A stretch of 64,000 bases of DNA from an uncultured Bacilli bacterium (GCA_947623925.1 CANQID010000003.1:6728-70727); one strand, 5' to 3'; shown: positions 1 through 11,601, counted from the first letter of the stretch. Made by a program: numbers and translations. The notes: generated by a model from the sequence alone, not told the origin.

Positions 1-5
1 TAATG

Positions 6-758
6 TTAATCCTTCTTAGATTTTTGAATATTGTAAGCCATTTTTAATTTCAACTTCATAGGAACAAATCTATTAAATATATATACAAATTTCATAGTAA
101 ATCCAGGTATTATTAATAATTTTCTTTTAAACATTTTATTTATAGCATACTTACAAACCTCATCTGGTTGTAATGCTTTTACTCCAAATTTAACACCTGC
201 AACTTTATTAAATTCTGTATCTACAGGTCCTGGACATAAAGCACCTACATACACATTGCTTTTCTCTTTTTTTAATTCTTCATAAATTGCCATTGTTAAA
301 TTAAATACATATGATTTAGTTGCATAATAACTTGCCATTAGAGGCCCTGGTAAAAAGGCTGCTGAAGAAGCTACATTTAAAATATAGCCTTTATTTTTCT
401 TTTTAAAATATTTTAAAAATAATTTTGTTAACATATGAACTGCTTTAATGTTAAGGTCTATCATATCTAGTTCTTTTTCTATGTTTGTTTTTGTAAACTC
501 ACCAAATACACCAAAACCTGCATTATTTATTAAAATATCTATATCTTCATCTTTAACTTGCTCATATAGTTTCATGCAATTATATGAACTCGATATATCA
601 AGCGTAATTATTTCTACATTTGTTTTTAATTCTTTTTTTAAAGTTTCTAGTTTTTTCTTTCTTCTTGCAACCAATATTAAATCATATCCCATTTCGCTTA
701 ATATTATTGAAAAATTTCTACCTAGTCCAGAGCTAGCACCTGTTATTAAAGCTTTCAT
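6..758 (-). CDS. Short-chain dehydrogenase/reductase (SDR family)
   Basis: TGASSGLG NAD(P)-binding motif, NNAG, and catalytic YxxxK (YYATK). Confidence 0.92.
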   Translation of the reverse strand: MKALITGASSGLGRNFSIILSEMGYDLILVARRKKKLETLKKELKTNVEIITLDISSSYNCMKLYEQVKDEDIDILINNAGFGVFGEFTKTNIEKELDMIDLNIKAVHMLTKLFLKYFKKKNKGYILNVASSAAFLPGPLMASYYATKSYVFNLTMAIYEELKKEKSNVYVGALCPGPVDTEFNKVAGVKFGVKALQPDEVCKYAINKMFKRKLLIIPGFTMKFVYIFNRFVPMKLKLKMAYNIQKSKKD

Positions 759-996
759 ATCATCACCATTATCATTATAATATAAATTCGTACATTAAAT
801 CAAATAAAAATATGATTAAACCAATGTTTTATTTTTGAATACATATTATTTCTAGTTATATTAACTCCATAGATATAGATTTTTTACTATCAATAGACAT
901 ATTATTGAAATTTAAATATCTTTTCAATTTATTATAATCTATTTACAAAATATTATTTTTTAAGTTATAATATCATAAGAAAGGAGGAATAAATAT

Positions 997-1695
997 ATGT
1001 ATAAAAAAATATTTAACTATTTTAAAATATTTACTTGTATAGTTTTATCATTTATTATATTAACAGGTTGTTCAAAAAGTTCTACACCAAATTCCACAGG
1101 AACTAATGCAAGCACAAATAGTGATAAAAACGAAAATTATTCAAGTGAGAATTTAGGAAAGAATATAACAAGTAGTGGTTCTGTGACAGAACAAGGCAAA
1201 TTAGTAGTATTTGCAAAAAATAACAATAATATTGCAGTTGATATGGAAATTGAAGTAGAATTTTATGACGCCAATAATACAATAGTTGGAAGTGATTCTG
1301 AAGAACTACTAGGTATTGGTTCAAATGGGGAAATAGCCGTTGAAATGTATGATACTCCGGAAAATTTTGATAATTATAAAATCTATGTTGATGTAGAAAA
1401 AACTGATGAAATATCTTATTATGATCAATTAGAAGTTACTCACAATAATAATGGTGAAGAAATTGCTGTACAAGTTAAAAATAATTCACAAGATGTTATT
1501 GAATATATAGCAGTTTCAGTTGTTTATTATCAAGGAGATAAAGTTGTTGGCATAGATGATGATATAGAAAGTGATATCAAAAGTGGCAGATCTGCAAACT
1601 TTAATTTAGATTTTCCATATGATAAAAAATATGATGATATAAAATTTGATAATTATAAAGTATTTGTTAATGGAGCATATTCTTTTAATTGGTAG
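997..1695 (+). CDS. Lipoprotein with two tandem FxLYD-like beta-sandwich domains
   Basis: Lipobox LTGC, Ser/Thr linker, internal duplication (VEFYDANNTIVG / VVYYQGDKVVG, each ending FDNYK..V); RBS AGGAGG. Confidence 0.75.
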   Translation: MYKKIFNYFKIFTCIVLSFIILTGCSKSSTPNSTGTNASTNSDKNENYSSENLGKNITSSGSVTEQGKLVVFAKNNNNIAVDMEIEVEFYDANNTIVGSDSEELLGIGSNGEIAVEMYDTPENFDNYKIYVDVEKTDEISYYDQLEVTHNNNGEEIAVQVKNNSQDVIEYIAVSVVYYQGDKVVGIDDDIESDIKSGRSANFNLDFPYDKKYDDIKFDNYKVFVNGAYSFNW

Positions 1696-1751
1696 TTTAA
1701 ACCTATTAATTTTACTATAAAATTATGCAGTAATTATACATATTTATTCAT

Positions 1752-1788
1752 AAAAAAACAATATATTTAAATTAATATATTGTTTTTT
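1752..1788. terminator. Bidirectional intrinsic terminator between convergent genes
   Basis: Inverted repeat AAAAAACAATATATT...AATATATTGTTTTTT. Confidence 0.7.
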
Positions 1789-2282
1789 TATTCAACAACT
1801 CCATTTTTATAATTGTATGTTCCACGATAACCTTTAATCGTGCAATTTTCAAGTTCAATTTGTCCATTTAGAGCTAATATTTTTTTCTCACATGTTACAT
1901 CTTTGTTATAATTTTCTATTATTAACGAATCTAAAGTATTTTGGTCTTCCGCCTTGCCATTTAAAATTGCTAAATAATAAGAATTTTGTATTTCTTTAGC
2001 ATAGTTAGATACTATTATTCTAGCATTACTAGTATTGTTTCCAAATATTTTAGTGCCTGTTATTAACATTAACCCAAAATATATAATTAAAACAACTGAT
2101 CCCATGATTATAACAAATGATATAAATATTTTTTCTTTTAAATTAGTTAAACCTATTATCAAAGCAATTACTACAAGTACAATCCCAACTATTTCATTAA
2201 TAAAAATTGTAGACAATATCGATATTAATATAAACAATAATCCTATAATAGATTTTAAACTATTTCCACTATAACTTCCCAT
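1788..2282 (-). CDS. Hypothetical membrane protein (about 3 TM helices plus a C-terminal Cys-pair domain)
   Basis: Hydrophobic N-terminal half, polar C-terminal domain with 2 Cys; RBS GAGGAG. Confidence 0.7.
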   Translation of the reverse strand: MGSYSGNSLKSIIGLLFILISILSTIFINEIVGIVLVVIALIIGLTNLKEKIFISFVIIMGSVVLIIYFGLMLITGTKIFGNNTSNARIIVSNYAKEIQNSYYLAILNGKAEDQNTLDSLIIENYNKDVTCEKKILALNGQIELENCTIKGYRGTYNYKNGVVE

Positions 2283-2388
2283 AAAATCTCCTCAATACTT
2301 ATTTTCATTATAACAGCCATAATATTATGTCAATTAAATAACTACAATAAATTAAATTTCAAGTAAAAAAATGTAAACAAAAAGATGC

Positions 2389-2745
2389 TTATTTTGCATC
2401 TCCTTCTACTAATTCAAGGATAACAACTAAAGCATCGTCTCCTCTTCTTTCATCAAGTTTTAAAATTCTAGTATAACCTCCATTACGATTAGCAAATCTT
2501 ACTGCTAAGTCATCAAATACTTTTTTAACTGCAGCTGTATCATTTTGTAAGAATGCTAATGCTTTTCTTCTTGCAACTAATGAACCATCTTTACCATATG
2601 AAATCATTTTATCAACAAATTTACGAGTTTCTTTTGCTCTTGTTTCTGTTGTTTCTATTCTCTCATTCATAATTAAGTCTTTAGTTAGATTGGCAAGCAT
2701 ACTTCTTCTATGTTTGTTAGTACGTCCTAATTTTCTATAAGCCAT
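2389..2745 (-). CDS. rplQ: 50S ribosomal protein L17
   Basis: MAYRKLGRT...GGYTRILK; alpha operon position. Confidence 0.98.
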   Translation of the reverse strand: MAYRKLGRTNKHRRSMLANLTKDLIMNERIETTETRAKETRKFVDKMISYGKDGSLVARRKALAFLQNDTAAVKKVFDDLAVRFANRNGGYTRILKLDERRGDDALVVILELVEGDAK

Positions 2746-2763
2746 TGTATTTCCTCCTAACTA

Positions 2764-3714
2764 TTAATCTTCATCACGGAATCTAAGTCCCATTTCTTTA
2801 ATTTTATCAATAACTTCTTTTAAAGATTTTTTACCTAGATTACGAATTTTCATCATTTCCAATTCTGTCTTTTCAGTTAAATCACCTAAAGTATTAATAT
2901 TTGCTCTTTTTAAACAGTTATATGCTCTAACTGAAAAATCTAATTCGTCAATTGGTGTTTCAAGTTTTTTAAGTTTACTATCTTCTTGTTTTGAATTCAT
3001 AATACCTGTAACATCAGCTATTTCATTTAAATCAGTTATTATATTTAAATGTTCAATAAGTATTTTAGCAGCCAAAGCCATAGCTTCCTCTGGTTTAATT
3101 GAACCATTTGTTTGAACATTCATTATTAATTTATCATAACTTGCATCTTGTCCAACACGAGCACTTTCAATTTCATAACTAACACGTTCTACAGGTGAAT
3201 AAAGGGCATCAATTGGAATAAATCCAATTTTATTCCCTTCAACATATTTTTTATTATCAACTGATGGAACATATCCACGCCCATTTGAAACAATTAGATC
3301 CATTTCTAATTTTCCACCCTTAGATAAAGTGGCAATTACTTGATCTTTATTTATAATTTCAACATCTGGATCAGCAGTAATATCTCCTGCTGTTACAATT
3401 CCTTCTTCTGAAGCAGATAAATGAAGTTCTTTAGTTTCTCCAGTTAAATTTTTAACAACAACATTTTTTAAATTTAAAACTATTGTTGTAACATCTTCAT
3501 ATATGCCTTCTATAGTTTGAAATTCATGCATAACTCCATCTATTTTTATAGCAACTATTGCACTTCCTGGCATACTTGATAACATGATTCTTCTTAATGC
3601 ATTACCGATTGTTGTTCCAAAACCTCTTTCCAAAGGTTCAAGTTCGAATTTTCCAAAATTATTATTTTCAATATATTCAGTAATTTTATAAATTGGTTTT
3701 TCAAAATTTAACAT
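2764..3714 (-). CDS. rpoA: RNA polymerase alpha subunit
   Basis: EPLERGFGTTIGNALRR; SVRAYNCLKRA; RNLGKKSL. Confidence 0.99.
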   Translation of the reverse strand: MLNFEKPIYKITEYIENNNFGKFELEPLERGFGTTIGNALRRIMLSSMPGSAIVAIKIDGVMHEFQTIEGIYEDVTTIVLNLKNVVVKNLTGETKELHLSASEEGIVTAGDITADPDVEIINKDQVIATLSKGGKLEMDLIVSNGRGYVPSVDNKKYVEGNKIGFIPIDALYSPVERVSYEIESARVGQDASYDKLIMNVQTNGSIKPEEAMALAAKILIEHLNIITDLNEIADVTGIMNSKQEDSKLKKLETPIDELDFSVRAYNCLKRANINTLGDLTEKTELEMMKIRNLGKKSLKEVIDKIKEMGLRFRDED

Positions 3715-3735
3715 GCTAAGAGCACTTCCTTTCTT

Positions 3736-4119
3736 TTATCCACGTGGACGTTTTGGTGGACGACAACCATTATGAGGTATTGGTGTTACGTCTGATATAG
3801 TTGTAATTTCAAGTCCTGCTGTTTGTAATGATCTAATTGCAGTTTCACGACCAGAACCTAATCCTTTAACATAAACTTCTACTTTTTTCATTCCCATATC
3901 AGCAGCAGCCTTTCCTGCAGCTTCTGCTGCCATACCTGCTGCAAATGGAGTTGATTTTTTACTTCCTTTAAATCCTAATGTTCCAGCTGAAGCCCAACTT
4001 ATAGCATTACCATTCATATCACTAAGTGTAACAATAGTGTTATTGAAAGTTGAATGTATAAATGCTTTACCTTCTGGAACGTTCTTTTTAACTTTACGTT
4101 TTCTTGGTTTATAAGCCAT
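3736..4119 (-). CDS. rpsK: 30S ribosomal protein S11
   Basis: STFNNTIVT; [15 protein letters not shown]. Confidence 0.99.
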   Translation of the reverse strand: MAYKPRKRKVKKNVPEGKAFIHSTFNNTIVTLSDMNGNAISWASAGTLGFKGSKKSTPFAAGMAAEAAGKAAADMGMKKVEVYVKGLGSGRETAIRSLQTAGLEITTISDVTPIPHNGCRPPKRPRG

Positions 4120-4140
4120 TTAAATAACCTCCTTTAAAGT

Positions 4141-4506
4141 TTATTTCTTCTTATTAGCAACAACTTTTCCTTTTCCTTTACGAGTTCTTGCATTTCTATT
4201 TGTTCTTTGTCCTCTTACAGGTAAACCTTTTTTATGACGAGTTCCTTGATAAGAATTTATTTCCATTTTTGTCTTAATATTCATATTAACTTCACGACGT
4301 AAATCTCCTTCAGTTAAATAATTATTAAGTTCATCACGAATAAGTGAAAGTTCATCATTAGTTAAATCTCCTGCTTTTTTATTTTTGTCTATTTTAACCT
4401 TATCTAAAACCTTATTTGATAAACTTCTTCCAACACCATAAATATAAGTTAATGCAATTTCAATTCTCTTATTATTAGGTACATCTACACCTTTAATACG
4501 TGCCAT
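4141..4506 (-). CDS. rpsM: 30S ribosomal protein S13
   Basis: ALTYIYGVG; GLPVRGQRT. Confidence 0.99.
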   Translation of the reverse strand: MARIKGVDVPNNKRIEIALTYIYGVGRSLSNKVLDKVKIDKNKKAGDLTNDELSLIRDELNNYLTEGDLRREVNMNIKTKMEINSYQGTRHKKGLPVRGQRTNRNARTRKGKGKVVANKKK

Positions 4507-4523
4507 TATCTACACACCTCCTA

Positions 4524-4637
4524 TTAACCTTGTCTTTGTTTGTGTTTAGGGTTTTCACATATTACATATACTTTTCCCTTACGTCTAATTATTTTACACT
4601 TATCACATATTTTTTTTACGGATGCTTTTACTTTCAT
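4524..4637 (-). CDS. rpmJ: 50S ribosomal protein L36, zinc-binding form (missing from ORF track)
   Basis: Manual translation [37 protein letters not shown]; RBS GGAGG; lies between infA and rpsM. Confidence 0.98.
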   Translation of the reverse strand: MKVKASVKKICDKCKIIRRKGKVYVICENPKHKQRQG

Positions 4638-4651
4638 AATCTACCCTCCTA

Positions 4652-4867
4652 TTATTTTCTATAGGTTATACGCCCACGTGTTAAATCATATGGGGATAAT
4701 TCCATTGTTACTGTATCACCTGGTAAAATGCGAATATTGTACATACGGATTTTACCAGAAACGCGAGCTATTACAGTATGTTTGTTTTCTAATTCAACTA
4801 TAAATTCTCCACTTGGTAATGCTTCCATAACTTTACCAGTAACTTCAATAATGTCTTCTTTAGCCAT
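4652..4867 (-). CDS. infA: Translation initiation factor IF-1
   Basis: MAKEDIIEV...[13 protein letters not shown]; start placed after GAGGTG RBS. Confidence 0.98.
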   Translation of the reverse strand: MAKEDIIEVTGKVMEALPSGEFIVELENKHTVIARVSGKIRMYNIRILPGDTVTMELSPYDLTRGRITYRK

Positions 4868-4872
4868 TATAA

Positions 4873-5619
4873 TCACCTCTTTGTTAATATTTCATAACCA
4901 TCTTTAGTAACTAGAACTGTATGCTCAAAATGTGCAGAAGGTTTATAATCTGCTGTTATAACTGTCCAATCATCATCAAGTAAATAGACATCTGCTGTTC
5001 CTAAATTAAGCATAGGTTCAACAGCTATAACCATTCCTTCTTTTAAAACAGGTCCAGTATTAGGTTTACCATAATTTGGTACATCAGGCAATTCATGTAA
5101 TTTTGAACCTACACCATGACCAACTAATTCTTTAACAACTCCTAAATTGTATTTATCAGCAACACTACTAACAGCATTACCAATATCACCAATTCTAGTT
5201 CCTTCTTTTATAACTGATAAACCTGCAAATAAAGATTCTTCTGTTTGCTTTAGTAAATCTTCTTTTTCTTTACTTATTTTGCCAACAGGGTATGTCCAAG
5301 CAGAATCCCCATGATATCCTTTATAACATGCACCAATATCAATTGATATTATATCTCCTTCTTTTAATTTAGTTTTACCGGGTATCCCATGCACAACCTC
5401 TTCATTTATTGAAGTACATATAGACCCTGGATATCCTTCATATCCTTTAAAAGATGGAGTAGCATTTCTACTGATAATATAATCATAAGCTAGTTTATCT
5501 AAATGTTCTGTTGTTATACCTGGTTTAATGTATTTCTGTAAATACTTATGTGTATCTCCGACAATAGAACCAGCTATTCTCATTAACTCCACTTCTCTTG
5601 GAGACTTAATAGAAATCAT
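4873..5619 (-). CDS. map: Methionine aminopeptidase type I
   Basis: HGIP, DIG, GDSA, GHGVG, EPM, HFEHT motifs. Confidence 0.98.
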   Translation of the reverse strand: MISIKSPREVELMRIAGSIVGDTHKYLQKYIKPGITTEHLDKLAYDYIISRNATPSFKGYEGYPGSICTSINEEVVHGIPGKTKLKEGDIISIDIGACYKGYHGDSAWTYPVGKISKEKEDLLKQTEESLFAGLSVIKEGTRIGDIGNAVSSVADKYNLGVVKELVGHGVGSKLHELPDVPNYGKPNTGPVLKEGMVIAVEPMLNLGTADVYLLDDDWTVITADYKPSAHFEHTVLVTKDGYEILTKR

Positions 5620-5621
5620 AC

Positions 5622-6281
5622 TTATTCGCCTAATTCCTTTAATATTTTTTCAACAGTTTCTACTGTATTATTTAAAACACTAGAATCAACTTCATATAAA
5701 ATACCTTTAGATTTATAATAACTAACTAACGGTTCTGTAACTTTATGATAATTTTCAATTCTAGTTTTCATTGCAGTTTCATTATCATCATCTCTTTGAT
5801 ATAAATCTCCACCGCAAGAATTACATTTGCCTTCTACAGTTGGCTTTAATTCATCACTAAATATATTATAAATAGCACCACATTCTTTACACATTCTTCT
5901 TCCTATAATGCGTTTATATAACATATCTTCAGGCAAAGTCAAATTTAATACTATTCCAATGTCCTTATTTAATCTTTGTAACATTTTATCATATGCTTCA
6001 GCCTGTTCTATATTACGTGGAAAACCATCTAAAATATATCCATTTTCACATTCTTTAGAAGTTATTTTGTCTTCTATTGCTTTAAACAATATATCATTAG
6101 GAACAAATATCCCATTATCAATAAAATTCTTAATTTTAATACCAAGTTCATCATCAACAGTTGCTCTTTGTCTAAGAATATCACCTGTAGATATTTGTTC
6201 ATAACCATATTTTTCTTTTAATATTTTAGCAAGTGATCCTTTTCCTGCACCTTGTATAGCAAGTAATATTATATTTTTCAA
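5622..6281 (-). CDS. adk: Adenylate kinase with zinc-binding LID
   Basis: GAGKG P-loop, LDGFPR, CxxC...CxxC LID; TTG start overlaps secY TGA. Confidence 0.96.
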   Translation of the reverse strand: MKNIILLAIQGAGKGSLAKILKEKYGYEQISTGDILRQRATVDDELGIKIKNFIDNGIFVPNDILFKAIEDKITSKECENGYILDGFPRNIEQAEAYDKMLQRLNKDIGIVLNLTLPEDMLYKRIIGRRMCKECGAIYNIFSDELKPTVEGKCNSCGGDLYQRDDDNETAMKTRIENYHKVTEPLVSYYKSKGILYEVDSSVLNNTVETVEKILKELGE

Positions 6282-7546
6282 TGTCTATGCCTTCCTTTCT
6301 TATAAGTACGACTTACAAGTTGGCTTTCCAATTGTTTATAAGTTTCAAGAGAAACTCCAACAACAATTAACAATCCTGTTCCACCTATTGTGACAGAACT
6401 TGGTAAATTAGTTACCATTCCAAAAACAATTGGTAAAGCTGCAATTATTGAAAGTGCAAAAGCACCAAAAACTGTTAATCTTTTTAAAATAGTTGTTATA
6501 TAATCAACTGTTTCTTCACCTGGTCTTACACCTGGTATATATCCACCATTTTTTTGTAAATTTTCTGCCATATCTTTAGGTCTAATTTGCATAAACGTAT
6601 AAAAATATGAGAATGCAAATATAAGAACTATATATAACACAAAGCCTGTTGGTGAAGTCATAGTTAGCCATTTTGTAACAAAGTTTGAAAATGCTTGATT
6701 ATTTATAAAACTTGCGATTACACCAGGTATAGAAATTAATGCAGATGCAAATATAACTGGTATAACTCCTGCTGAATTTAACTTAAATGGTACATAATTT
6801 TGATTACCACCATAAGCACTACTTGCAGTTTTTGTTGAGTATTGAACTGTTATTCTTCTTTCAGCACTTTGTACATAAATAATACCTATAATAATAGCTA
6901 AATAAATTATTACATATATTGCAAACATTATAATACCTGCAATACTGCCTGAATTTCCTATAAATCCTGTAAATGCTTTTTCAAACATATTAGGCATGCT
7001 TGAAATAATACCAGCCATTATTATTATTGATATTCCATTTCCTAACCCTTTTGCAGTTATTTGATCACCAAGCCATAACACAAAACAAGTTCCTGCAGTA
7101 AGCACAAGTGAAAATTGCATATAATCCATAACACTTCCACCACCTAAATAAGTGAATGAAAACATATATCCTTGAATAAATGCTAATATTATACCTGTTA
7201 CCCTTGTTATTTGATTTAATTTTGCTCTACCTGTTCCACCTTGTTTCCTAAGTTCTGATAAATATGGAACTATATCCATTTCCAATAATTGAATTATAAT
7301 AGATGCTGTTATATATGGACCAACTCCTAATGCAAATATTGAAAAATTTGATAAGGCTCCTCCACCCATTACATCTAATAATTCAAAAAATCCCATATTT
7401 TTAGTTCCTAGTGAAGCTTGATCAATTCCAGGAACTACAATTGCTGTACCTAGTTTAAATATGAACAAAGCAGCAAAAGTGAATAAGATTTTTTTCTGTA
7501 AATCTCTATTTTTAGGGTTAAATATTTGCTTAATCGTTGCAAACAT
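6278..7546 (-). CDS. secY: Preprotein translocase SecY
   Basis: SIFALGVGPYITASII; GYIPGVRPG; GGTGLLIVVGV. Confidence 0.99.
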   Translation of the reverse strand: MFATIKQIFNPKNRDLQKKILFTFAALFIFKLGTAIVVPGIDQASLGTKNMGFFELLDVMGGGALSNFSIFALGVGPYITASIIIQLLEMDIVPYLSELRKQGGTGRAKLNQITRVTGIILAFIQGYMFSFTYLGGGSVMDYMQFSLVLTAGTCFVLWLGDQITAKGLGNGISIIIMAGIISSMPNMFEKAFTGFIGNSGSIAGIIMFAIYVIIYLAIIIGIIYVQSAERRITVQYSTKTASSAYGGNQNYVPFKLNSAGVIPVIFASALISIPGVIASFINNQAFSNFVTKWLTMTSPTGFVLYIVLIFAFSYFYTFMQIRPKDMAENLQKNGGYIPGVRPGEETVDYITTILKRLTVFGAFALSIIAALPIVFGMVTNLPSSVTIGGTGLLIVVGVSLETYKQLESQLVSRTYKKGRHRH

Positions 7547-7547
7547 T

Positions 7548-7991
7548 TTAAATCACCTCTGCTTTTCCACCTAGTTTTTCTATTTGTTCTCTAGCAACAT
7601 TAGAAAATTTATGTGCTTTTACAACTAATTTTTTTTCTAAAGTACCATTTCCTAAAACTTTAATTCCATCTAATTGATTTTTTACTAATCCCATTTCTTT
7701 TAATAATTCTGGAGTTACTACAGCATTATCTTCAAATTTATTCAAATCACTTAAATTAATAACAGCATATTTTACTTTAAACATTGCATTGCTAAAACCT
7801 CTTTTTGGTAAACGTCTAAATAGTGGTAATTGTCCACCTTCAAATCCTGGTCTTACTCCACCGCCACTACGAGCATTTTGTCCTTTATGACCTTTACCTG
7901 CAGTTTTTCCATGTCCGCTTGAAGTACCACGACCAATTCTTTTAGAAACTTTTGTAGCACCTTCAGCTGGTTTAATATTATGTAATTTCAT
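7548..7991 (-). CDS. rplO: 50S ribosomal protein L15
   Basis: [10 protein letters not shown]; FEGGQLPL. Confidence 0.99.
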   Translation of the reverse strand: MKLHNIKPAEGATKVSKRIGRGTSSGHGKTAGKGHKGQNARSGGGVRPGFEGGQLPLFRRLPKRGFSNAMFKVKYAVINLSDLNKFEDNAVVTPELLKEMGLVKNQLDGIKVLGNGTLEKKLVVKAHKFSNVAREQIEKLGGKAEVI

Positions 7992-8497
7992 TATAATATC
8001 TCCTCAACTTTTTTACCACGTAATTTAGCAATTTGTTCTGCTGTTTTTTGTGATTTTAATGCTTCTAATGTAGCAAATGCCATATTAATTTTAGTGTTTG
8101 AACCTAAAGATTTTGAAAGTATGTCTTTAACTCCAGCAAGTTCAAGTACTGATCTAACAGGTCCACCTGCTTTTACTCCAGTACCTTCAGTAGCTGGTTT
8201 AAGTAAAACTTTACTTGCTCCTCTAACTCCTATAGCTTCATGTGGGATTGTTCTTTCATCAACTATTGATACTCTTACTACATTTTTTGTTGCAGCTTGA
8301 ACAGCCTTTTTAATTGCATCAGGCACTTCATTTGCTTTACCTGTTCCAATTCCTACTTGACCCTTTCTATCTCCAACAGCAACTGTAGCAGAGAAACGGA
8401 AATGACGACCACCTTTTGTTACTTTTGTAACACGACCAATATTGATTATTTCTTCTTCAAATTGTTTTGGGCGTGGTTCTCTTTTTGTTTTTTCCAT
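7991..8497 (-). CDS. rpsE: 30S ribosomal protein S5
   Basis: [14 protein letters not shown]; stop overlaps rplO start (TAATG). Confidence 0.99.
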   Translation of the reverse strand: MEKTKREPRPKQFEEEIINIGRVTKVTKGGRHFRFSATVAVGDRKGQVGIGTGKANEVPDAIKKAVQAATKNVVRVSIVDERTIPHEAIGVRGASKVLLKPATEGTGVKAGGPVRSVLELAGVKDILSKSLGSNTKINMAFATLEALKSQKTAEQIAKLRGKKVEEIL

Positions 8498-8511
8498 TTA
8501 TTTCCCTCCTC

Positions 8512-8874
8512 TTAGAATTCTAAACCGTTTTCACGTGCAGCTTCAGCTAATGCTTGAACACGTCCATGATATAGGTATCCACCTCTATCAAATACTACTT
8601 TTGTAATTTTTAATTTTTTTGCTCTTTGAGCTAATAATTTACCTACTTCTTTGGCAGCTTCTACATTTCCACCATTTTTAAGGTTCAATTCCTTATCAAT
8701 AGAAGAGGCACTTACTAGTGTATTACCAGCCTTATCATCAATAATTTGAGCAAAGATATTTCCATTTGATCTAAACACATTTAATCTTGGAATTTCTACA
8801 GTTCCGCATAAATTTTTTCTTACACGTTCATGTCTAGCCAAACGAGCTTCATTGCGAGATTCTTTTTTTATCAT
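8512..8874 (-). CDS. rplR: 50S ribosomal protein L18
   Basis: PRLNVFRSN; [13 protein letters not shown]. Confidence 0.99.
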   Translation of the reverse strand: MIKKESRNEARLARHERVRKNLCGTVEIPRLNVFRSNGNIFAQIIDDKAGNTLVSASSIDKELNLKNGGNVEAAKEVGKLLAQRAKKLKITKVVFDRGGYLYHGRVQALAEAARENGLEF

Positions 8875-8894
8875 GAATTTACTCTCCTTTTCTA

Positions 8895-9428
8895 TTATTT
8901 AGAAGCTTTTTTACCTTCCTTACGAATAATTCTTTCGTCACTATAACGAATTCCTTTACCTTTATATGGTTCAGGTTGTCTAACTTTTCTTACTTCTGAG
9001 GCAAATTGTCCAACTAATTGCTTATCAATTCCTCTTACAAATAATTCTGTGTTACTAGGGCTTTCTAATTTTATACCAGCAGGAATTTGTATATTAACTG
9101 GATGTGAATAACCCATATTTAATACTAATTCATTTCCTTTTAAAGAAAAACGATATCCAACACCTACTGCCTCTAGTTTTTTTTCAAAGCCTTCTGAAAC
9201 ACCAATAATCATATTTTTGATATTAGCGTTTGCAGTACCATGAAAGTTTTTAAAGTTATCATTTTCTCTTGTAATCTTAACTTCATTACCTTCTACTGTA
9301 ACTGTTATATTTTTGTTAATTTCAGTAGAAAGTTCACCTTTTGGTCCTTTTACAGTTACGATATTATCATTAACAGTTAAAGTTACACCAGCAGGTAATG
9401 AAAGTATTCTGTTTCCAATACGACTCAT
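8895..9428 (-). CDS. rplF: 50S ribosomal protein L6
   Basis: MSRIG; [11 protein letters not shown]. Confidence 0.99.
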   Translation of the reverse strand: MSRIGNRILSLPAGVTLTVNDNIVTVKGPKGELSTEINKNITVTVEGNEVKITRENDNFKNFHGTANANIKNMIIGVSEGFEKKLEAVGVGYRFSLKGNELVLNMGYSHPVNIQIPAGIKLESPSNTELFVRGIDKQLVGQFASEVRKVRQPEPYKGKGIRYSDERIIRKEGKKASK

Positions 9429-9443
9429 ATAAATCCTCTCTTT

Positions 9444-9839
9444 CTACCAAATAAACGCTAATACTTCTCCACCTAATGACTTACTTCTTGCATCTTTATC
9501 TGTCATTATGCCTTTTGATGTTGAAATAATAGCAATACCAAGTCCATTTAATACACGTGGTAATTCTTCAGCTTTAGCATAGACACGTAATCCTGGTTTA
9601 GATACTCTTCTTAATCCAGTAATAACGCTTTCTTTCTTTTCACCATATTTTAAACTTAGAACAATAATATTTTGATTTTCAGCTTCTTTAACTTTATAAT
9701 CTACAATATATCCTTCTTCTTTTAATATTCTTGCAATTTCTAATTTAATTTTTGAAGCGGGTACTTCAACTTCTTTATAACGCATTGCTTTTGCATTACG
9801 AATTCTTGTAAGCATATCCGCAATTGGATCTGTTACCAT
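9444..9839 (-). CDS. rpsH: 30S ribosomal protein S8
   Basis: [13 protein letters not shown]; SKPGLRVY. Confidence 0.99.
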   Translation of the reverse strand: MVTDPIADMLTRIRNAKAMRYKEVEVPASKIKLEIARILKEEGYIVDYKVKEAENQNIIVLSLKYGEKKESVITGLRRVSKPGLRVYAKAEELPRVLNGLGIAIISTSKGIMTDKDARSKSLGGEVLAFIW

Positions 9840-9854
9840 ATATATCCTCCCTTC

Positions 9855-10040
9855 CTACCAGCTTGATTTTTTAACTCCTGGTATTTGTCCTTTATAAGCT
9901 AGTTCTCTAAAGCAAATACGACAAATTCCGTATTTTCTAAGTACAGCGTGAGGTCTGCCACATCTTTCACAACGTGTGTATTCACGTACTTTGAACTTAG
10001 GTTTACGACTAGCTTTTACAATCATGCTTTTTTTAGCCAT
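9855..10040 (-). CDS. rpsN: 30S ribosomal protein S14, type Z (zinc-binding)
   Basis: 61 aa with CERC...CRIC. Confidence 0.98.
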   Translation of the reverse strand: MAKKSMIVKASRKPKFKVREYTRCERCGRPHAVLRKYGICRICFRELAYKGQIPGVKKSSW

Positions 10041-10056
10041 AATATCCTCCTAATAA

Positions 10057-10596
10057 TTATTTTTTAAATGGCATTCCGAAACCTTTTAATAAATCGTAAG
10101 CTTCTTCATTTGTTTTTGCTGTTGTAACGAAAACTATATCCATTCCACGTACTTTAACAACATTATCATATTCTATTTCAGAAAAAATAAGTTGTTCAGT
10201 AAGTCCTAATGTATAATTTCCTCTACCATCGAATGATTTTGGAGAAACTCCTCTAAAATCACGAACACGTGGTAATGTAATAGATATTAATTTATCTAAA
10301 AAGTTATACATATTTTCACCACGTAAAGTAGCTTTACAACCTATAGCTTGACCTTCTCTAACTTTGAATCCAGCTATTGCTTTTTTAGCTTTTGTAGCAA
10401 CAGGTTTTTGTCCTGTAATTATTTCTAAATCTGCCATAGCAGCATCTATTAACTTACTATTAGTTGTTGCATCACCAACACCCATATTTACTACTATTTT
10501 TTCTAATTTAGGAACTTCCATAACACTTTTATATGAATGTTTTTCCATTAAACTAGGTACGATTTCTTTTAAATATTTTTCTTTTAGGTGGTTCAT
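10057..10596 (-). CDS. rplE: 50S ribosomal protein L5
   Basis: LPRVRDFRG; FDGRGNY. Confidence 0.99.
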   Translation of the reverse strand: MNHLKEKYLKEIVPSLMEKHSYKSVMEVPKLEKIVVNMGVGDATTNSKLIDAAMADLEIITGQKPVATKAKKAIAGFKVREGQAIGCKATLRGENMYNFLDKLISITLPRVRDFRGVSPKSFDGRGNYTLGLTEQLIFSEIEYDNVVKVRGMDIVFVTTAKTNEEAYDLLKGFGMPFKK

Positions 10597-10613
10597 AAAT
10601 ACCCTCCTTCCAA

Positions 10614-10922
10614 TTAATCAAGGCTTTCATTAGATTTCTTTGAAATTCTAATTTTTTTACCATTTTTATCTATCATGTGACCTATTCTAGTTCTTTTTTT
10701 AGTTTTTGGATCAATCATCATTACATTTGAAGCATTAATTGGAGCTTCAACATCAACTATACTACCAGCTGATTGTCCATTTGGTTTAATATGTTTTTTT
10801 ACAATATTAACACCTTCAACAACTACTTTGTTTTCAGATCTAAGAACTTTAGTAATAGTGCCTTCTTTTCCTTTTGATTTTCCAGAAATAACAACTACTT
10901 TATCTCCTGTCTTAAATTCCAT
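10614..10922 (-). CDS. rplX: 50S ribosomal protein L24
   Basis: KOW motif [14 protein letters not shown]; EAPINASNV. Confidence 0.98.
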   Translation of the reverse strand: MEFKTGDKVVVISGKSKGKEGTITKVLRSENKVVVEGVNIVKKHIKPNGQSAGSIVDVEAPINASNVMMIDPKTKKRTRIGHMIDKNGKKIRISKKSNESLD

Positions 10923-10936
10923 ATTTTTCCTCCAAC

Positions 10937-11305
10937 CTATAATACTTCTTTAGCAAGTGATACAATTTTCATGTAGTTTTCATCACGTAATTCACGAGCA
11001 ACTGGTCCAAATATACGAGTTCCAACAGGTGTCTTATCATCTTTAATAATAACGCAAGCATTATCATCAAATTTAATATAAGAACCGTCTTCACGTCTAA
11101 GACCAAACTTACTTCTAACAACTACAGCTTTTACAACTTTTCCGCGTGCTACTGTACCGTTAGGAGTTGCTTTTTTTACAGTTCCAACTACTATATCACC
11201 AATATTTCCTGTTTTAACTTTGCTTCCACCAAGTACTCTAATAACCATAAGTTCACGAGCACCTGAGTTATCAGCAACTTTTAAACGACTTTGTTGTTGA
11301 ATCAT
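10937..11305 (-). CDS. rplN: 50S ribosomal protein L14
   Basis: VADNSGA; [13 protein letters not shown]. Confidence 0.99.
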   Translation of the reverse strand: MIQQQSRLKVADNSGARELMVIRVLGGSKVKTGNIGDIVVGTVKKATPNGTVARGKVVKAVVVRSKFGLRREDGSYIKFDDNACVIIKDDKTPVGTRIFGPVARELRDENYMKIVSLAKEVL

Positions 11306-11332
11306 ATATTAATCCTCCTATTCGTTTTACAA

Positions 11333-11590
11333 TTATAATATAATTGCTTTTTCTACTATTTCAACTAAACGGAAATGTTTAGTTTTAGATAAAGGTCTAG
11401 TTTCTACAATACGAACTGTATCTCCTACACTAGCCTCATTTTTCTCATCATGAGCAGCATACTTTTTAGAATATTTTACACGTTTTTTGTATAAATTATC
11501 TTTTCTATAAGTTTCAACTAAAACTGTAATTGTTTTATCTGCTGAAGCGCTGACAACTTTTCCAACTAATTCTTGAGTTCTTTTTTCCAC
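11333..11590 (-). CDS. rpsQ: 30S ribosomal protein S17
   Basis: GKVVS...ETRPLSKTK; GTG start. Confidence 0.98.
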   Translation of the reverse strand: MEKRTQELVGKVVSASADKTITVLVETYRKDNLYKKRVKYSKKYAAHDEKNEASVGDTVRIVETRPLSKTKHFRLVEIVEKAIIL

Positions 11591-11601
11591 TTTTTAACCT
11601 C

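Noticed and set aside
6278-6281. Possible genetic code 4 (Mollicutes-like AT content and L30 loss)
   Set aside because: TGA ends secY, pth and spoVT at expected lengths, and conserved Trp residues use TGG
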